Origin: Rotaria socialis
Taxonomy: Eukaryota
DNA: 64,000 bases
Assembly (NCBI GenBank): GCA_905331295.1
Contig: CAJNYD010000171.1
Location: 1-64,000 of the forward strand
Direction: 5' to 3'
Positions 35,968 through 50,430 of this stretch are shown here, piece after piece. Below the pieces are notes generated by a model, which was given only the letters and a program-made list of their open reading frames with translations, was not told the DNA's origin and searched no databases. The position numbers were made by a program, and so were the translations under genes. Position 1 is the stretch's first letter; each line of letters starts with the position of its first letter.

Positions 35968-38900
35968 TCTTTACTTTTTGTGTAGCGGGTTCGCCCTGAG
36001 AGAGAATTAATATAATAAGTAACAGTAGATTACATAAATGCGAGTTACCTTTTTAAAGGAAAATAGGATAATAAAGTTTTCTACGCCAATTAATTATCAA
36101 CGATTGCGATTATGAAATCAAGAAAAGAACAATTAAAAATATCGTTTGAAATTATGCGACTAACGAATTCTTGTATCTAAAATAATAATTATTTAATTTA
36201 ATTATACTTATATTCTCCTACCTTAGTTAGAGACAATATAAAAATGTTAGAAGAGTTGAAATTAATGATCTGTCTAGTGTATAAATACAAGATGGCTTGG
36301 GTATTTCAGTAAGAAAAACCCAGTGCAGTTGCACTAAAAAAAGAATTACTCATCGAAAGCAGAATGAAATAGAAACTCAAATAATATGAGAACGCAAGAA
36401 AAAAGAACGATAAGGCACGCGTAAAACGCAAGAAGTACGCACTAAAATGTTGCATCGCATAGCTACTCTTATTTTTCCATGTCATCAGTCTTCGCAACAA
36501 CGTGATGTCATTTTACAAATAAATTTTGATTTCTTGCATATGGTTTAGAATTAATTCTTACAGACTTACTTCTTATCAAAATATTATGATTCATCGAAAT
36601 CGTAATACTCCGAGAAATCAGAATTTTTCTAAAACAATTGAATGAATTTACAATGCAGTATACTATTTGATTGACACTGTTGGTAATAGAATCGGGCGTA
36701 TCATTAGCAATGGCAATCTTTTTACTGTATGGTATATAAACGATTGAAGAGAACACATATTTCAGTGTTTGTCTGTTCTTTTCTATGAATCAGATACAGT
36801 TGATGTTCTCGATTATTTATGTTTATCGTCCGCGAGCTTGCGAGAAAAATAATTTATAATAATTTTTCGCCAATCGGATTCCAATACGCAACAGTCAATG
36901 CTGTTGGAACAAGTAGATATTCATGGTTTTATCAGTAGCGTCAAACTTGAAACTTGAATTCAATTGAAATTTCAACTTTCAAAACAACAGCCATCTAAAG
37001 AATCGTGACACGTGCATGTCATCACTGCCAGTTTGAAACGCTGGATACGCGACGGAACACGTGCATTCTGGTGTTGATATCTCGGGAAAATGAACATACT
37101 ATCTGAGACGGATAAAAAAAGCGCAGAGATCTCTTGTTACACACTTTTTTTTTATCCTGTAAGTCATTTAAACCTACTTATGTAGCCCATCATATTTCCT
37201 CATGAATTATCAAAGAATTAAATTTACAGAATGTAGTTAATAATAGAAAGGCCGAAACGAATTATATCGAGCTTCGGATAGAGAATTTTCATAATTTCTA
37301 CTATCGATTCGTAACGCTTGTCACAATATTGGTCCACAATGACATGCTCTAGATTGGCGCCTTGATCATAATAGTCTGTATGATCTATAATAAGTTCTAA
37401 GCAAAATTCTATTCGTTTGATGCCGTCATACAGACACTTCTGAAACAAATTTGATCTGAAATTCAGAATTTTCTAAAACAACTGACTCAAGTGGTGTTAA
37501 TTCAATCCAAATATATGCGAAATACGCGTATATGTGTAAGTTACTAAACACATCCGCAATTCTTTATGTTGAAATTAATAACTATAAAAATGTTTTGATT
37601 GAACTCGTGCCATCAGAGTATGCTGCTAAATGTTTCTAGCGCTTAAAAAACGTGGTTCCATTGTATTGCTTGACATGGAAGAAATTTCACTTCTGCATCC
37701 TTACGACTTTTCAAGAACAGAATGAATCACAACGAACACATTTAATAACTACACGTATAAAAATACGGAGAGAGAAACCAATAGTGAAAGTTAGCAGTCG
37801 GATAAGAAGTGCGTATCAGCAATACATTTAAAAACGTAACCACTCGTCTTTTTCCGATAAACAGCGTGAGTGGATGAAGATAAGCTCTTGAAAGTCAGAT
37901 AAATTTATTTCTATTTTGCATTTATACGAGGAAGATGATTTAACATTTATGAAGATGAAAGCAATAGAAATTACGATATACTGAAGTTTGCCTGTTGACA
38001 ACAGTAAACTAATTAAATTCAAATTTATTTTAGAAATCAGGATATTGTATTCACAATGCAGGATTTTCGGAGAAGAATTTTACTTGTATGTGATAGACTT
38101 CTCATCGGGCTTTTTTTCAAGATACTCCAGTATATTCACTCAAATATTTACGTTTGCCTTTTAAGCATTAATGGATGTGGTAAACACATTTATCTGAGCT
38201 GAGTGGCAAGCATATATTTGTCTAAGTTCGATAAAAAGCTCCTCCTTCTTCCCTCACGCTCTACTCAAGATGTTTTATAGTATTATTGAATTTTCGATTC
38301 ATTTGTAGATTCAAATAAACGTTATTAACTTAACTACAGAATGATCGATCTGAACTCCACTCAATCAACCGATTCTGGGAGAGAAGCGATGGATCAGACA
38401 GTAGGCTCGGATTACGATCTAGGAACTCAGACCACATCGAGCCTATTAGGTAAGAAAATGCCTTTACGATGATATAGTTAGAGTTTCCCCGAAGATCTTC
38501 TTTTTTACGAAGACATTTATATGTCTATATCAACATTATGTTAATACGACATCATTTTAAACCAGAGCTATAGGGCAAATACAAATACTTTTGTCCGAGT
38601 TCTATTTTAAACCAGCTGAATTATGCTCATGAATCAAAAGCAAAGCTGGCTATCTGTACGATAACTTCTCGTGACTGTAGAGTAGATTCAGATTTGCTAG
38701 TGAAAAATTTATTTTTTCGAATGCATAAACGTATTTATAGTAAACTGTATCGGACACAATTAACCGTCTTGGTTTAGCGGCAGTTTTTGAACAAGAATTT
38801 TTTAAATGAAGTTCAAGTAGAGTGAACGTCGAAATTTTCAGGACATTTCTGTTGTTTCAACTGCACATTTACAACATCGAAAAACGCCGACAAATTGAGA

Positions 38901-40232
38901 TATAAGTTAAAATCAAGCAAAAAGGATAAGAATCAAACAAGAGAAAGCTATGCGTTGGTATAGATTATTTTTGGATGTATTTCAACTCAAAAATATGTTC
39001 TTGGTAGAGTAAATTTTTGTATTTTAGATAGCATTGATAGCAACTGGCGACCCAGCACACCATTACCAAGCTTTGAATGTCATGAAAATCCAACCAGTAA
39101 GTGCTTTTGAATGTGAGTTTGTCAGTGTCAAAGTTACATGCAGAGTGAATTTGTAAACAGTAGCGTAGTCAATGGGACGTAAAAGTCGAATATCGACATT
39201 ATTCAAACATTCGACTACGTCTTTTATAATAAATAAGCCATTGTTGGGCGATAGGAAATGCATACATTTCGTGAAACGACGTGGATACAATTTTAAATCC
39301 ATTTGACTTCGTCGAATTTTTCAGTAACGTTCAGTTGAATATTGAACGATCGATGCTTTAAGTTGGCACCCTGCTTAATAAATATCGACATCAATCCACT
39401 GTAGACAGTTCGAAAACAATTTCAGCATGATTAACAAACTTTCGAGCCAAAACGAAATGTTTATTGCACTTTGCATCCATAGCAACGATTTCTATTGTCA
39501 CCCTAGTCGAACTTCTTTTTGTCGTGCGCATGAAAAACATGAGCATCTTAAGCTCAAGCCTTGGCAAGCGCTTGAATAAAAAAGTTCGACTAGGGCAAGC
39601 TAGGAATAGAAAGTGTAGACAACCAAAGTATGGTAGAAAAGTATTTTGACTACTATATTCCAGACGAATTTGATTTCATACGCCAATTTGTGTGCCTACG
39701 ACAAATCAACATATGAAGCATCAGAGTTGTGATAGTTTTAGAAAGAAAACTGTTAGCATGTCCATTGTGAGATTAAAATTTGAAAAGAGATACCTCTACT
39801 CTATTCATAATCAAGACATTTTCAAAAGTTCAACTCAACTTTTATCGTATCCCAAAAAACAGAATCACTAGAAACCTTTAACAACTTTTTATAGAACATC
39901 AACAGTAGGTACGAGATTCTGTATTAATAGATCATATAATTGACATTTTCAAACAATCAATTTTTTTAAGTAGTTGATAATATACTTATATTATAGGACT
40001 AAGTCCGACATTTTTACGTCGAATAGTCATTTACTTGGTCATTCTTTTTCCTCAGTAGCATCTGATTGTTTGATAAGATTTAAAATAGAATATATCAATT
40101 AGTCGAGAACAGAATTATTGAAGTTTTGCATTTGTTCAAGCTAGTTTTGTTTCGATAATAGTTTGTCCGGCTGTGTTTCTCCACTCTGTCATAGGCAAAA
40201 TTTAAAAATTGTTTTCTATTGTATTTTAATAG

Positions 40233-40963
40233 TCAACCAAAAGCTCCGTGACTTAGCTTTCCGACATGAAACACAAAGCAAAGAAATCAAGCGTCTTTGT
40301 CAACTAGAAAAATTCAAGATAGTCGTTCTTTGCGACGATTCCGGCTCAATGATGGAAACTGTGGGTGGGTCTAGTCGTAGTCGCTGGGAAGAGCTTCGCG
40401 AAATTGTGAAGCTTGTTGTTGCAATTGGCTCCATATTCGATACTAACGGCGTTAATATCCGTTTTCTCAATTGTAAAGATCGATATACGATCAAGGATCC
40501 CGATGAAATTAATCGCCTATTTGCCGGCGAACCAAAGGGTTATACGCCATTGGTGCGTTCCGTACGGGAGATTCTCAAATTACCAGTGACCGCAGCTAAC
40601 AGCGACAAAAAATTATTGTTATTCATTGCAACTGACGGCTATCCAACAGATGCAAATGGTGTGCCGAATCTGTCCGAATTTGAACATGTTATGCGAAATG
40701 AACGAAAATCAGATACTACTTATGTATCGTTTCTGATGTGCACGGACGATCAGGAATGTGTTGATTACCTGAGTAACTTTAGCCGAACGATGGCAAACAT
40801 TGATGTGACAGGCGATTTTAACACAGAACGAATGAACATACGTAGAGAACGAGGAGCGAAATTTCCATTCTCGAAAGGCGATTACATAACTAAAGTCTTA
40901 GTTGGCGCAATCAGCCGAGAAAAAGTTCCACGTAATGAGCCTGATAATGCTAACAACAGTTAA
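40233..40963 (+). CDS. von Willebrand factor A (VWA) domain protein; true start or upstream exon uncertain
   Basis: MIDAS-type VVLCDDSGSM, GYTPL and IATDGYP in a long open frame. Confidence 0.75.
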
Positions 40964-41744
40964 AAATATACAACAATCGATTGAGACTATAATACAATTT
41001 CAATTCAAATCTTTCACGCGACATAAAATACTGTTTTTATTCTAGAGATTTCAATAGAAGACAAATGAATTATTTTAAAATCGTCTACATTTCGATTCTT
41101 CATACATTTACTATTGTTAAACTTGAATAAAGTTTTTCAATTACAAATAAATTAAAGTAAATTGAAATTTTTTAGATTGTTTTCTCGTTGATTTGCGTGT
41201 ACAGATATGTGAATAGAAAGAAAAAGATATTCATACTGCATGTCTTTCATGTAGAATTTTTCTCTACAACGGGGATTGTCTTGAGAGGGGAGGGGGGGGG
41301 GTCAATCTTTTTAATTTACTATCTTTGGTTTGAATAATAGTGAGAGTAATTTTTTACAGTCGCCCGCTAAATTTTTATTGTTAGGCTTTTGAACCAAAAG
41401 AATAAAAATTCATAGGAAAATTGCAAAATAACATCATTAAAACATAACGAACAAGATATACTGTTAATTTCAGATGGCAAAGCATAAGCAGATTGTACTC
41501 GAACTCCACGAAATATTCGTTTCGATCTATTTGGCCAATTCCACATTGAACAACGAATGATTACATATGGTTTATATTCCAATCGCAAGCAAGTGCTATT
41601 GTATAGTATCAAAACTCAAATAGTAGAATGTCACCTATCTTATTGAAAGTGTTTACGGATTTCATGATTATCAATGGTATGAAAATATCAATTATTATCG
41701 TGCTTTTTAAAGCCATGAGATGAGAAACAAGAAGATGGATTGTG

Positions 41745-43040
41745 TTAAAATCTTCGTTCCAAAGGCACAATACGTCCTGATCGTTGTAAGCATGTGAGTC
41801 GTTTCTTTACAATGCTACGAAAACGAGGCGATAATAACATGAATATGTAAAATCTTCCCTAAAAAATTCCAAAGAAAAACAACTATGTAAACATTAAAGA
41901 TGAATAAATACTTACTGCATAAGCGGCTGATCCGACCAAATACATGGTATTAGAAACTATGTTTTCCTTTACTTTTCGATCTGGACTCTATTGAAGATTC
42001 GACGTTATAACTGCATAAGTATTATAAATACCATAAGGAGTTAAACCTATCAAAGTGAGCAAGACAAGGGGGAAAGGCGGATTTGGGATTTTGAAAATCC
42101 AAAAATCCAAAACGTGAATGATGGAATTTCCGTCTGAATTTTTTTCCATATGTAAGTCTCATGATTCTTAGAATATGCTAAAATTTTCAGCGCAAACAGA
42201 CGTTTCCTCCTCAAGATAATGAATGCGCAAGAAATAATCATTTCACGGCACGGTCAGAAAATCCAGTTTTATTGAAAATTCAATATTTTAAGAAAGAAAC
42301 ATTTATTCGAGTTGAAACTTTTAGGATCTTTTATGGACCATGAAACCTATGTATGGGAAGAATTTCAGGTCGAAACTACGTCATTCACAGAGGGGGAAAT
42401 TCTTTTCAATTTATGAGATTTTGAAAGTCCCAAAAATCCGCTTTTTCCCTCTTGGAGCAAGGCTTTCATGAAAACTTTGATTGTTATTTGTCGATCAATG
42501 TGTAATCGTGCGAGCATTGCTATCTTTCCTATATTTCGATAAGTTAAAATTCCAAATATCGCCATGATTAAAATATGAAAAATGCAGAGAATGAGTATGT
42601 GAAAAACTACAGCATACGCAAAAACTATACTACTCATGTAAACACAAATGCCAGTAATTGGTGATAAAGTTCGATCAAATAACCAGAGGGTGCCATGGAG
42701 CCACCAAATAATAGCAAAGAAACCAGAAGCTAGATGTGCATTTTTAATACTGGTCAATTGGCGGAAACCTACACGCTGACTTGTAATCAGAAATTGATCG
42801 ATTATTGCTATACTTACGCAAGTCATAGGTACGGCGCCACAGCTCGAAGTGAAAGGCATGCGGTAACAAAAAGAGGGCCAAGATATGTTATAAACTGCGC
42901 GCATTCGTGCAAAACAGAAATTATAAAATAAAATGCACACGGTGTCTTTAGATAATAGGGTCCACTAGTTAGAATAAATGCCTGTATGATGCTTTCAATA
43001 AGCCCCACAGCCATATCAACGAGACCGCAATTAATCAATC
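41745..43040 (-). pseudogene. Divergent 7TM/GPCR pseudogene interrupted by a MITE
   Basis: FCYR..., IAIIDQFLITSQ and hydrophobic TM4-5. Removing 42065-42454 plus one TSD restores FMKALLTLIGLTPYGIYNTY (TM6). An in-frame TAG lies at ~41989, a frameshift near 42930, and the last exon reads GRFYIFMLLSPRFR. Confidence 0.8.
42065..42454. mobile_element. MITE with CAAG termini and 8-bp TSD (P- or hAT-like)
   Basis: CAAGGGGGAAAGGCGGATTT versus reverse complement CAAGAGGGAAAAAGCGGATTT. TSD GAGCAAGA / GAGCAAGG. Confidence 0.8.
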
Positions 43041-45620
43041 AATCAATGCTAATGGTACCATGATACATTATTATTGCAATAAACTAACTTGAAATTGATT
43101 GTCACCTAAATGTTTTCCCTATAATATCTTTGAGCTAGGTTCGACTCCTATGAGAAGAGTGTTGCTAAATGCAATGTACTAATCGATTTTGGCAAGCTTA
43201 TGCTGTCTGTCGTTTATTTATATATATATATATATATACTAGATTATATCCTAGTGTGAAAGAACATATAATGATGCAATAGTCAATACTAATTTTCATG
43301 GCACTAAAATGAAGAGAATGGAAATAAGTTCCAACTAGTGAACATACTTGAAGATAATGATAATCTTTGTTTATTCTTATGAAATGCTCTTTAAACAATG
43401 AGGAAAGACTTAATTAAAAGAGCGACATTGTTATTAAAAGGTGTATTTTTGAATGATCATTCAAAGAAAACAAAAATATGTGCTAGACAAACACAATGAC
43501 TTTCGAAAAGCTGAAGATGCGTGATGATAAAAGTGCAAATAACAGAAAATTTCACCTATTTTTTACGTCAATGCCAAGCTTGAAAATTTTCCGTGATGTA
43601 TTTATCTCAATCATGATAACTGTAATTGTAATTTTTGTTTTACTTGATCGGCTGACCCAACAACTACAAGTCACTAATGTATTTGATCATAGACGACGAA
43701 GATAATGCGATTTCTTTACAAGACTTTAGCACAAAAAAAAGTCCAGCTAAGGAATCAATAAAGCGAAGTAAACGGAAATGGATGGTTTTCGTCGAATAGC
43801 TTTACTGTCTAGAATACTGAGAACATGATAGCTATAACTCTTAGAAGAAATGCAATAGTTGCCAAAAACAAGAAAAAAACGATTTAATTAATCAACGTAT
43901 AGAGACGTGCTCTTAAAGGTGTGTGCACTAAACACGAAGGTAAAGGTGGAATATAATAAGGTAAAGTCATGCAAGTGTCTCGCTTTTACATCCAAGCAAA
44001 TAAAACAACAAAACAAATTAACCGTTAAAATGAAATAAAAAACAGATGTCTATCTTAGCTTGATAGATAGATTCGATACCAGTCAGTTTAATAAAAAAAT
44101 ATAAAGCTTTCGAGTTATTAGACAAATAGAAGCTGCTAGAGAAAGAAAGAAACCAAGAGACGTAGAACTAATAGAAAATGCGCCGATGTTCAACTCTATA
44201 TGGATTGCATAACTTAGGTCATTCATTGTAAAAATTAGAACGTTCAGGTCAAATTCAAGAATAATAATTTTATCTCGCATAATATGTGAACAATAGTATC
44301 CGTTATAGAAGTAGCTATTGGTATCTTATTTTTACCGAAATTTCAACATACAGTATCGTTTTTTTTCGCAGTGAGATAAAAAGTCATAAGAAAATGTATA
44401 CCAGATGATTTGTCTTTCTGAAAATAGATACTTTTTACACTGATCATGAATCATATGTAAAAATTGGCACCCCATTAAAACAATCATGGATGATTTTCTT
44501 TGAAAATACTTAGAGCACCGATTATTGTTCACACAAATATTTTTCATATCGATAACAGTATCATTTCAATTTTCGTTTTTTACGATGCTGGTAAGGTGAG
44601 AGATTAATACATTCCGTTGAGCATAGCAAGAGCTACTAGGAGAAGAACGAAAGCCAAGAAGAAAATATATCAACGTCATCCGTGAGTATACGGGATATGG
44701 GTTCGAAACGTCATTATCGAACCACCTGAGGCATTGCGCGATACTTGAAACGAATGCTATTAACATGGGCATGAATATTTGATCACAATTTGTTTGCTCA
44801 ACCATTGATATCTACAAGAATTCAATGCTTGATGTTCAAATAGCATAGATCCCTCTACTGAATTATTCAGGCGGATCTTATATCGTGTCAAGTATTTCAC
44901 GCAAAAGTTCTCGATCGATTTCGCGTTGAACAACGATGAGAAAATAAAATCATTCAAACAAGGAATACCGAGTAGCCAAGTAAATATGGTAAGGATATGT
45001 GTTGAAAAAGATCCGGCGAAATTTATGGAACGAAGCGCCATACAAACTACACAATTTCAAAAGAGCTACTATTTGCCTAATCTTTCTCTGGGATATTGAG
45101 AATATTGTATTTTAACTTAATTAGCACGATATCTGGTAGCCTAACTATTTGAAAATATTCATCCGTCCTATTATGTAATCGTTCATTGATAGATATCAAT
45201 TCAATTATTGATGAGCTATATCATAAGTATCTCCACTTATCTACTCTAATACTATACTCATGTTTAATTATCATGCATTGCGTAAATGTCGGATAGGATA
45301 GAAATATCTTATTATCAGACTTAATATATGTCAGGAAAAGGGCGAGCACTTGCTGAAAACAAATGAATATTTGATTGCATTCATATATGCATTGAGTGGC
45401 TAATTGCAACTACGGACTATTTAATTTTAAGCTGCTAGGTTTTATTTTATTTAAAAAAATGTAGAATGATTTAGGTTAAAGAATTAAGAATGAATATAGG
45501 GTAGTGCAATATACATTTATCTTCAACATTTTTTTTTGAAAACAAAACAAATGTGTGTTATTTTCAATAGGCCTAATTTTGATTGGTCTACTTGATTTCA
45601 TGACAATTAATTCATAAAAT

Positions 45621-47525
45621 TTATTGCAAATCCGGAATAAATAAATCATAATTTGAAAAAGGTACTACGCCATTACTTTTCTCCGTGTTTTCCAACCAAA
45701 ATTGCACCTTTAAATTGTTGATTTCTCGTTTAGGTTGATTTTGCGAACGAGACGTTGACGACAATTTGCTTTTGCTGTTTAGTGCTACTTTCTTCTTAGT
45801 TCTTTTATTTTTCCAACTGACAATCGTGCTCAAACCAATCAATACTAGAAGATAATCAACAATGGACCAAAAATAAGAGTCCAAAAAACCACTGTTAGCA
45901 ACACTATCTTGAGGAGTCCAATCCATCATTTCACACTGTTCAAAATAACACCAATTTCGATTTGGAAGCAATTTTCGTAGAAACAATTTTGCTCCATATT
46001 CAGGTGCTTGATTAAAAAATTCAATCAGCGCTTCTTCGGTTTTAACAATCGGATACCATGTAGTACTAAATAGATGTGCAGCACGAATAACTATTCTTGG
46101 TGGTGGACTATTGACAATGGCAGATGAAATTATTTGATACATCAATTTGGAATCATGAAGAGGTGGTGTAGCATGTCTTTTGGTTCGAAACCGAGCGACA
46201 CCACAGCAATGAACATCACCACTGAACAATGTTACTCGTGTTCTTTTCTTTTCAGAAAATTCTTGAAGACGAGCAAGAATACGGTTTCGCTCTTCAATAT
46301 GCGCTTCGTGTGTCCATTCATCTAGTAGATCATCATAGAGTTCAGGTAATCCAAACACGGAATTTGTCTGTTGACTAAATGGAATATTTCGCCATCGCAT
46401 AACCACTTTTTTCCATGTGTCAAGCAATGATTCAGCCAGTCGAAAACGTGGAAATGAAAATGGAACAGCTACTAAAACAATCAAATGTTGGACATTTTCT
46501 AGTTCATTATCCAATTTTTCGAAGATCATATTCCATGAATTTTCATGTGCAACTGTTTGATTGCTGCGTTCCGAACGACCATCCGTACCCAACAAGGCTA
46601 AATTTGGGCCGCACTGAGCAAGAAAATTGTGACCCTGATACCCGAATAATCGATGTTGTCGAGCTTTGCTCGGCGTTGTATGATGCTGAAAGAGAAGTCG
46701 CATTTTTTGTGCCATGCGAAATAATTCTGTCATGACTGGACTGTCATTCAATAACGGTGGATAAGATCCAGCACCATCGAAAATGTCATGATCATCCCAC
46801 ATCATAAGACTTGGAACCGATCCTAGTGCTTGCTTCATTTCTGGCCGGCGTTCCCAATGTTCAGTATAGTTATTAAAATAGTATTGTTCGATTTCTTGTG
46901 CTGCTTCTTTTGTAATTGAAAATTTCCATTTTTCATCCCATTCCATACGAGACCAATTTTGAAGAAAGGGAATATCTTCAAGAACGAAATCATTATAGAC
47001 TTGATCACCGCCCCAAACTAGAAGATGAAACGGATTGATTTCATGAATAGAAAGTAGATCGTCCCATACAGCATTGTAAGTTAAGCCCAGTGCCACCTCC
47101 TTCGAAATAGTAGCATCAAAACCATTACAGGAAAAAAATGCACCGCGCCATTTTTGATCATACTGAGCAATGCGAAATGTTCCATTTGTTGTATAATCAC
47201 CCCAATCAACTTCCCAATTGACTTTTTCGTCATATTTGCCTCTATGTAATTCAATACTGATATTGACTCGATAAGCTCGCATATCAAATAAATTTTCGTA
47301 TAAAACTTCCCAATCGTAAGTAACGGCAGCTTTTGCGTTGAATTCAATCGATGGTCGAGCACATGAAACATGCCGAAATATTAAAGCACTTCCAATCCAT
47401 TGCATACTTTTTAAATCTGTTGTGATAAACTGATAGTAGGGTCCTAATGCAGGACCAGGTGGTCTTGGTGGTCGTTGCACCGAGTCATCCGTAGAGGTTT
47501 CTAATAACTCACTTGTTTCACTCAT
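45621..47525 (-). CDS. PhoD-like metallophosphatase, single exon (634 aa)
   Basis: FSCNGF, WGGDQVYND, MMWDDHDIFDGAGSY, DLLDEW, SGDVH and SSAIVN motifs, plus a hydrophobic segment near the C-terminus. Confidence 0.88.
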   Translation of the reverse strand: MSETSELLETSTDDSVQRPPRPPGPALGPYYQFITTDLKSMQWIGSALIFRHVSCARPSIEFNAKAAVTYDWEVLYENLFDMRAYRVNISIELHRGKYDEKVNWEVDWGDYTTNGTFRIAQYDQKWRGAFFSCNGFDATISKEVALGLTYNAVWDDLLSIHEINPFHLLVWGGDQVYNDFVLEDIPFLQNWSRMEWDEKWKFSITKEAAQEIEQYYFNNYTEHWERRPEMKQALGSVPSLMMWDDHDIFDGAGSYPPLLNDSPVMTELFRMAQKMRLLFQHHTTPSKARQHRLFGYQGHNFLAQCGPNLALLGTDGRSERSNQTVAHENSWNMIFEKLDNELENVQHLIVLVAVPFSFPRFRLAESLLDTWKKVVMRWRNIPFSQQTNSVFGLPELYDDLLDEWTHEAHIEERNRILARLQEFSEKKRTRVTLFSGDVHCCGVARFRTKRHATPPLHDSKLMYQIISSAIVNSPPPRIVIRAAHLFSTTWYPIVKTEEALIEFFNQAPEYGAKLFLRKLLPNRNWCYFEQCEMMDWTPQDSVANSGFLDSYFWSIVDYLLVLIGLSTIVSWKNKRTKKKVALNSKSKLSSTSRSQNQPKREINNLKVQFWLENTEKSNGVVPFSNYDLFIPDLQ

Positions 47526-47891
47526 CTTATTGTTAATTGGTTCCTATAAAGCCTTTTAGATTTGCTTCAATTATTCCGAATCGATTTGCTTCTGAATAAT
47601 TTACTTTTCTTTTTACATCTGGAACAAAAGAATGTGATAGGTTAGTTTTATGCATCAAAATTGCTTGTATTATATGAGCGTTTACATATTTTGTGGGCTA
47701 TTTAAAAATACACTTTTCGTTAGTTCGTTACTGATTATTTGACACAATTTGTTTATTATATTCTTTTAGCAGCTTGGCAAGTCCTGCTGATGTGAATGGA
47801 AACATATTTCGATATTTTTCTTGAAGGCGACGGTTAACAAAAAAAAGAATTCCTAAAGATAATGTGACTATCTCTGATGGGATGAGTCTGA

Positions 47892-49054
47892 CGGGTGGGC
47901 CATAAAGAATGGCGGTCTCATTATTTACTCAATATCTTTTTTGCTCTTCATTGATTTGAACTGAACATTTTCTCAAAAGATTGAGCATTCAATTCTCTAC
48001 AGACTCATGTGTAAAAAACGTTTTTAAACTACAAAACGGCTAAGTACTAGAACGAAGAAAAAAGGTTAAAAAAGCTTCAACTTTCAAGCTCAACAAATAT
48101 TAACATTTGGCGTATGTTTCGATAATTTATACGCAGACTTAACTTAGGGGAGAAACATTTTCTGGTATTTTCAAGTACGCTCTTTTCGATATCTTTGAAA
48201 AACATTTCTTTAAAAGTGGTCTTCGCCTATTAAATCGATATTTTCTAAAAACTCGCCCATAACTAGGGGTGGCACTTTAACTTTACTTTAACCGTAAAGT
48301 TTAAAGTTTAAAGTTGTTTAAAGTCGCCTTTAAACGCTTATTTTTAATACTTTCTACTGTACCGGCGTATTTACTCATGCTTATGAGACTCTCTGCAACA
48401 GATAAAACGTAAAAAATAAACATTTAACTGTGACTTTAAACAACTTTAAACTCAGTACTTTACGGTCAATTTAAAGTTAAAGTGCCACCCCTACCCATAA
48501 CGCCTTAAGTTCGGTTTACAAGAAAGTCTACTGCAAACGAAACTTTGCATCATTGGAACAAGTGTACAGCGGTGCAGTCGAGTATGTTGGCTTTCAAAGA
48601 ACAAAAAATCGTCAAAAAATAACACTTTTTAAGCGAATGGGATGCGTTCTAGTACAAGCATCACAAACGTGACATGACAGTTGTGTTTTTTAGAAAAAGC
48701 GAAAAAATGGATCCAGAATTTTTTACTCATTTTGTAATGAAAACAAAATTCGAAAACATGAATCTTGCCCAGAATCTGATGCTCTTTAGCATGGTAGACT
48801 GAGTTCTTTTTGTAGGTCCTCACATGGAAAGCAAATTTAAAAAAAAATGGATTTAGTGCTTGAAAGTTGAAGATTTTTCGACCTTTTTCCTTCGTTTTAG
48901 TACTTAGCCATTTTGTAGTTTAAAAAATATTTTACACGTGAGTTTGTAGAGAATTGAATGCTCACTCTTTTGGGAAAATGTTCAGTTCAAATCAATGAAG
49001 AGCAAAACCGATATTGAGTAAATAATGAGACCGCCATTCTTTATAGCCCACCCG
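47892..49054. mobile_element. Non-autonomous Tc1/mariner-like element with ~200-bp TIRs
   Basis: CGGGTGGGCCATAAAGAATGGCGGTCTCATTATTTACTCAATATC... is the reverse complement of the sequence ending at 49054. Confidence 0.9.
48264..48493. mobile_element. hAT-like MITE nested in the previous element
   Basis: TIR TAGGGGTGGCACTTTAACTTT and a perfect 8-bp TSD CCCATAAC (48256-48263, 48494-48501). Confidence 0.95.
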
Positions 49055-50430
49055 TTACTCCAATCGATTCTTTCGTAACACACATCGTTTCGCTCAAATA
49101 CAAAACACATTTTTATACGCAGTCAGGAATCATACGAGAAGGAAAATGTAAGGGTGAAAGAATAACTAGAAAAAGAAAATATACACATGAATAATAATAA
49201 TCAAGGTGAGAAAGATTGCTTACGGCGCATAGAAGCGTAACAGAAAAATAAAGGTGAAAAGATAAATTTGAATATCAGGCATGTGCAATCAATTCAACCA
49301 AGCAAGAGGGTTAGAATTGTATCCAATAGAATCCAACAGGAACATTACAGATATAAATAAAGAAAATAAAAGTAGTGGATTAATCTACAAAAAAAGTGTG
49401 ATTTGAATTCAATCGGAATCGCATGGATTATTTTCGGGTTACAATTGAGGACAATATGAAAACATTTTGGCAAAAACATGGAATAAACTATTGAAGTCTC
49501 TCGCTATACATGGATCGTGAGTTTCTTACAGTTGAACAAAGACAAAGACTACCTGCTTAGTGTTGGAGATTATAAATCTAGAGCCAGCTGATGTTTGCTC
49601 TTCGAGGATTTATCATCACTTGTTTTACTTATGATCTGGATAAAACATCGAGTTTCGATTGAATTGAAGAACGAAAACGCCTAACTGCTTTCTTTCAACC
49701 AGACATCAAGCGTCTGTTTTTATTTTACATTGCTCGAAAGCATACTCTATTTTTTTCTGATTCTTCTCTTAGAAGCTAAATCAATAGTCGAGGCTCGAGC
49801 GAATGCGTTTCTTCTCGTGATATGAGCAACATGGTCATAATGAAACGTGTATGTCATAAAAAATATGCAATTTCATCCTGTCTAAACATTATTAGTGGGT
49901 GTCTCAGTCATTGAAGTCGAGCAAGAATCAGTAGTTTTGTTTTCTAGAAGAGAAAAATTTCTTAATATTGTATTTTTTTTTCTATCAAACGAGATACAAT
50001 GCTACATTGACTTCGAGTTTAAAAGGCAGCAGATTAATCTGTAGAACTCATTTGTTCGACTGAATAAAAAAAACTGCACATCTCACTAGATTATTTACAT
50101 GTCGATGCAATATCAATGAGCAGTGACTTCGACTTCGCATTCGTTTTCTAAAGACACAATTTTTGCCATTTTTCCTCAGAGGTGTACAAAAATAAAAATT
50201 CATTAAAAAAAAACAAGCTATCCTTGTTTATATGCCAGTTAAAAATAGCAACTGTAACCACATGATGCATTTAGAAAACAGGAAAAAAATGAGTGTTATT
50301 ATTGACTTACGTTTTACTCACGTCAGTCAACTGTCCTATTCGACTCTTCATAAAATATTCAGAATAGCCGAGCTCTTTTTAAGAAAGTAAATATTGACCA
50401 TGTTGCTTATGACTGAACTAGTGACTGAAT

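Noticed and set aside
36300..39500. Possible decayed F-box/LRR-type gene fragments (similar at 44000-45400)
   Set aside because: No continuous frame or recognisable motif can be verified by eye.
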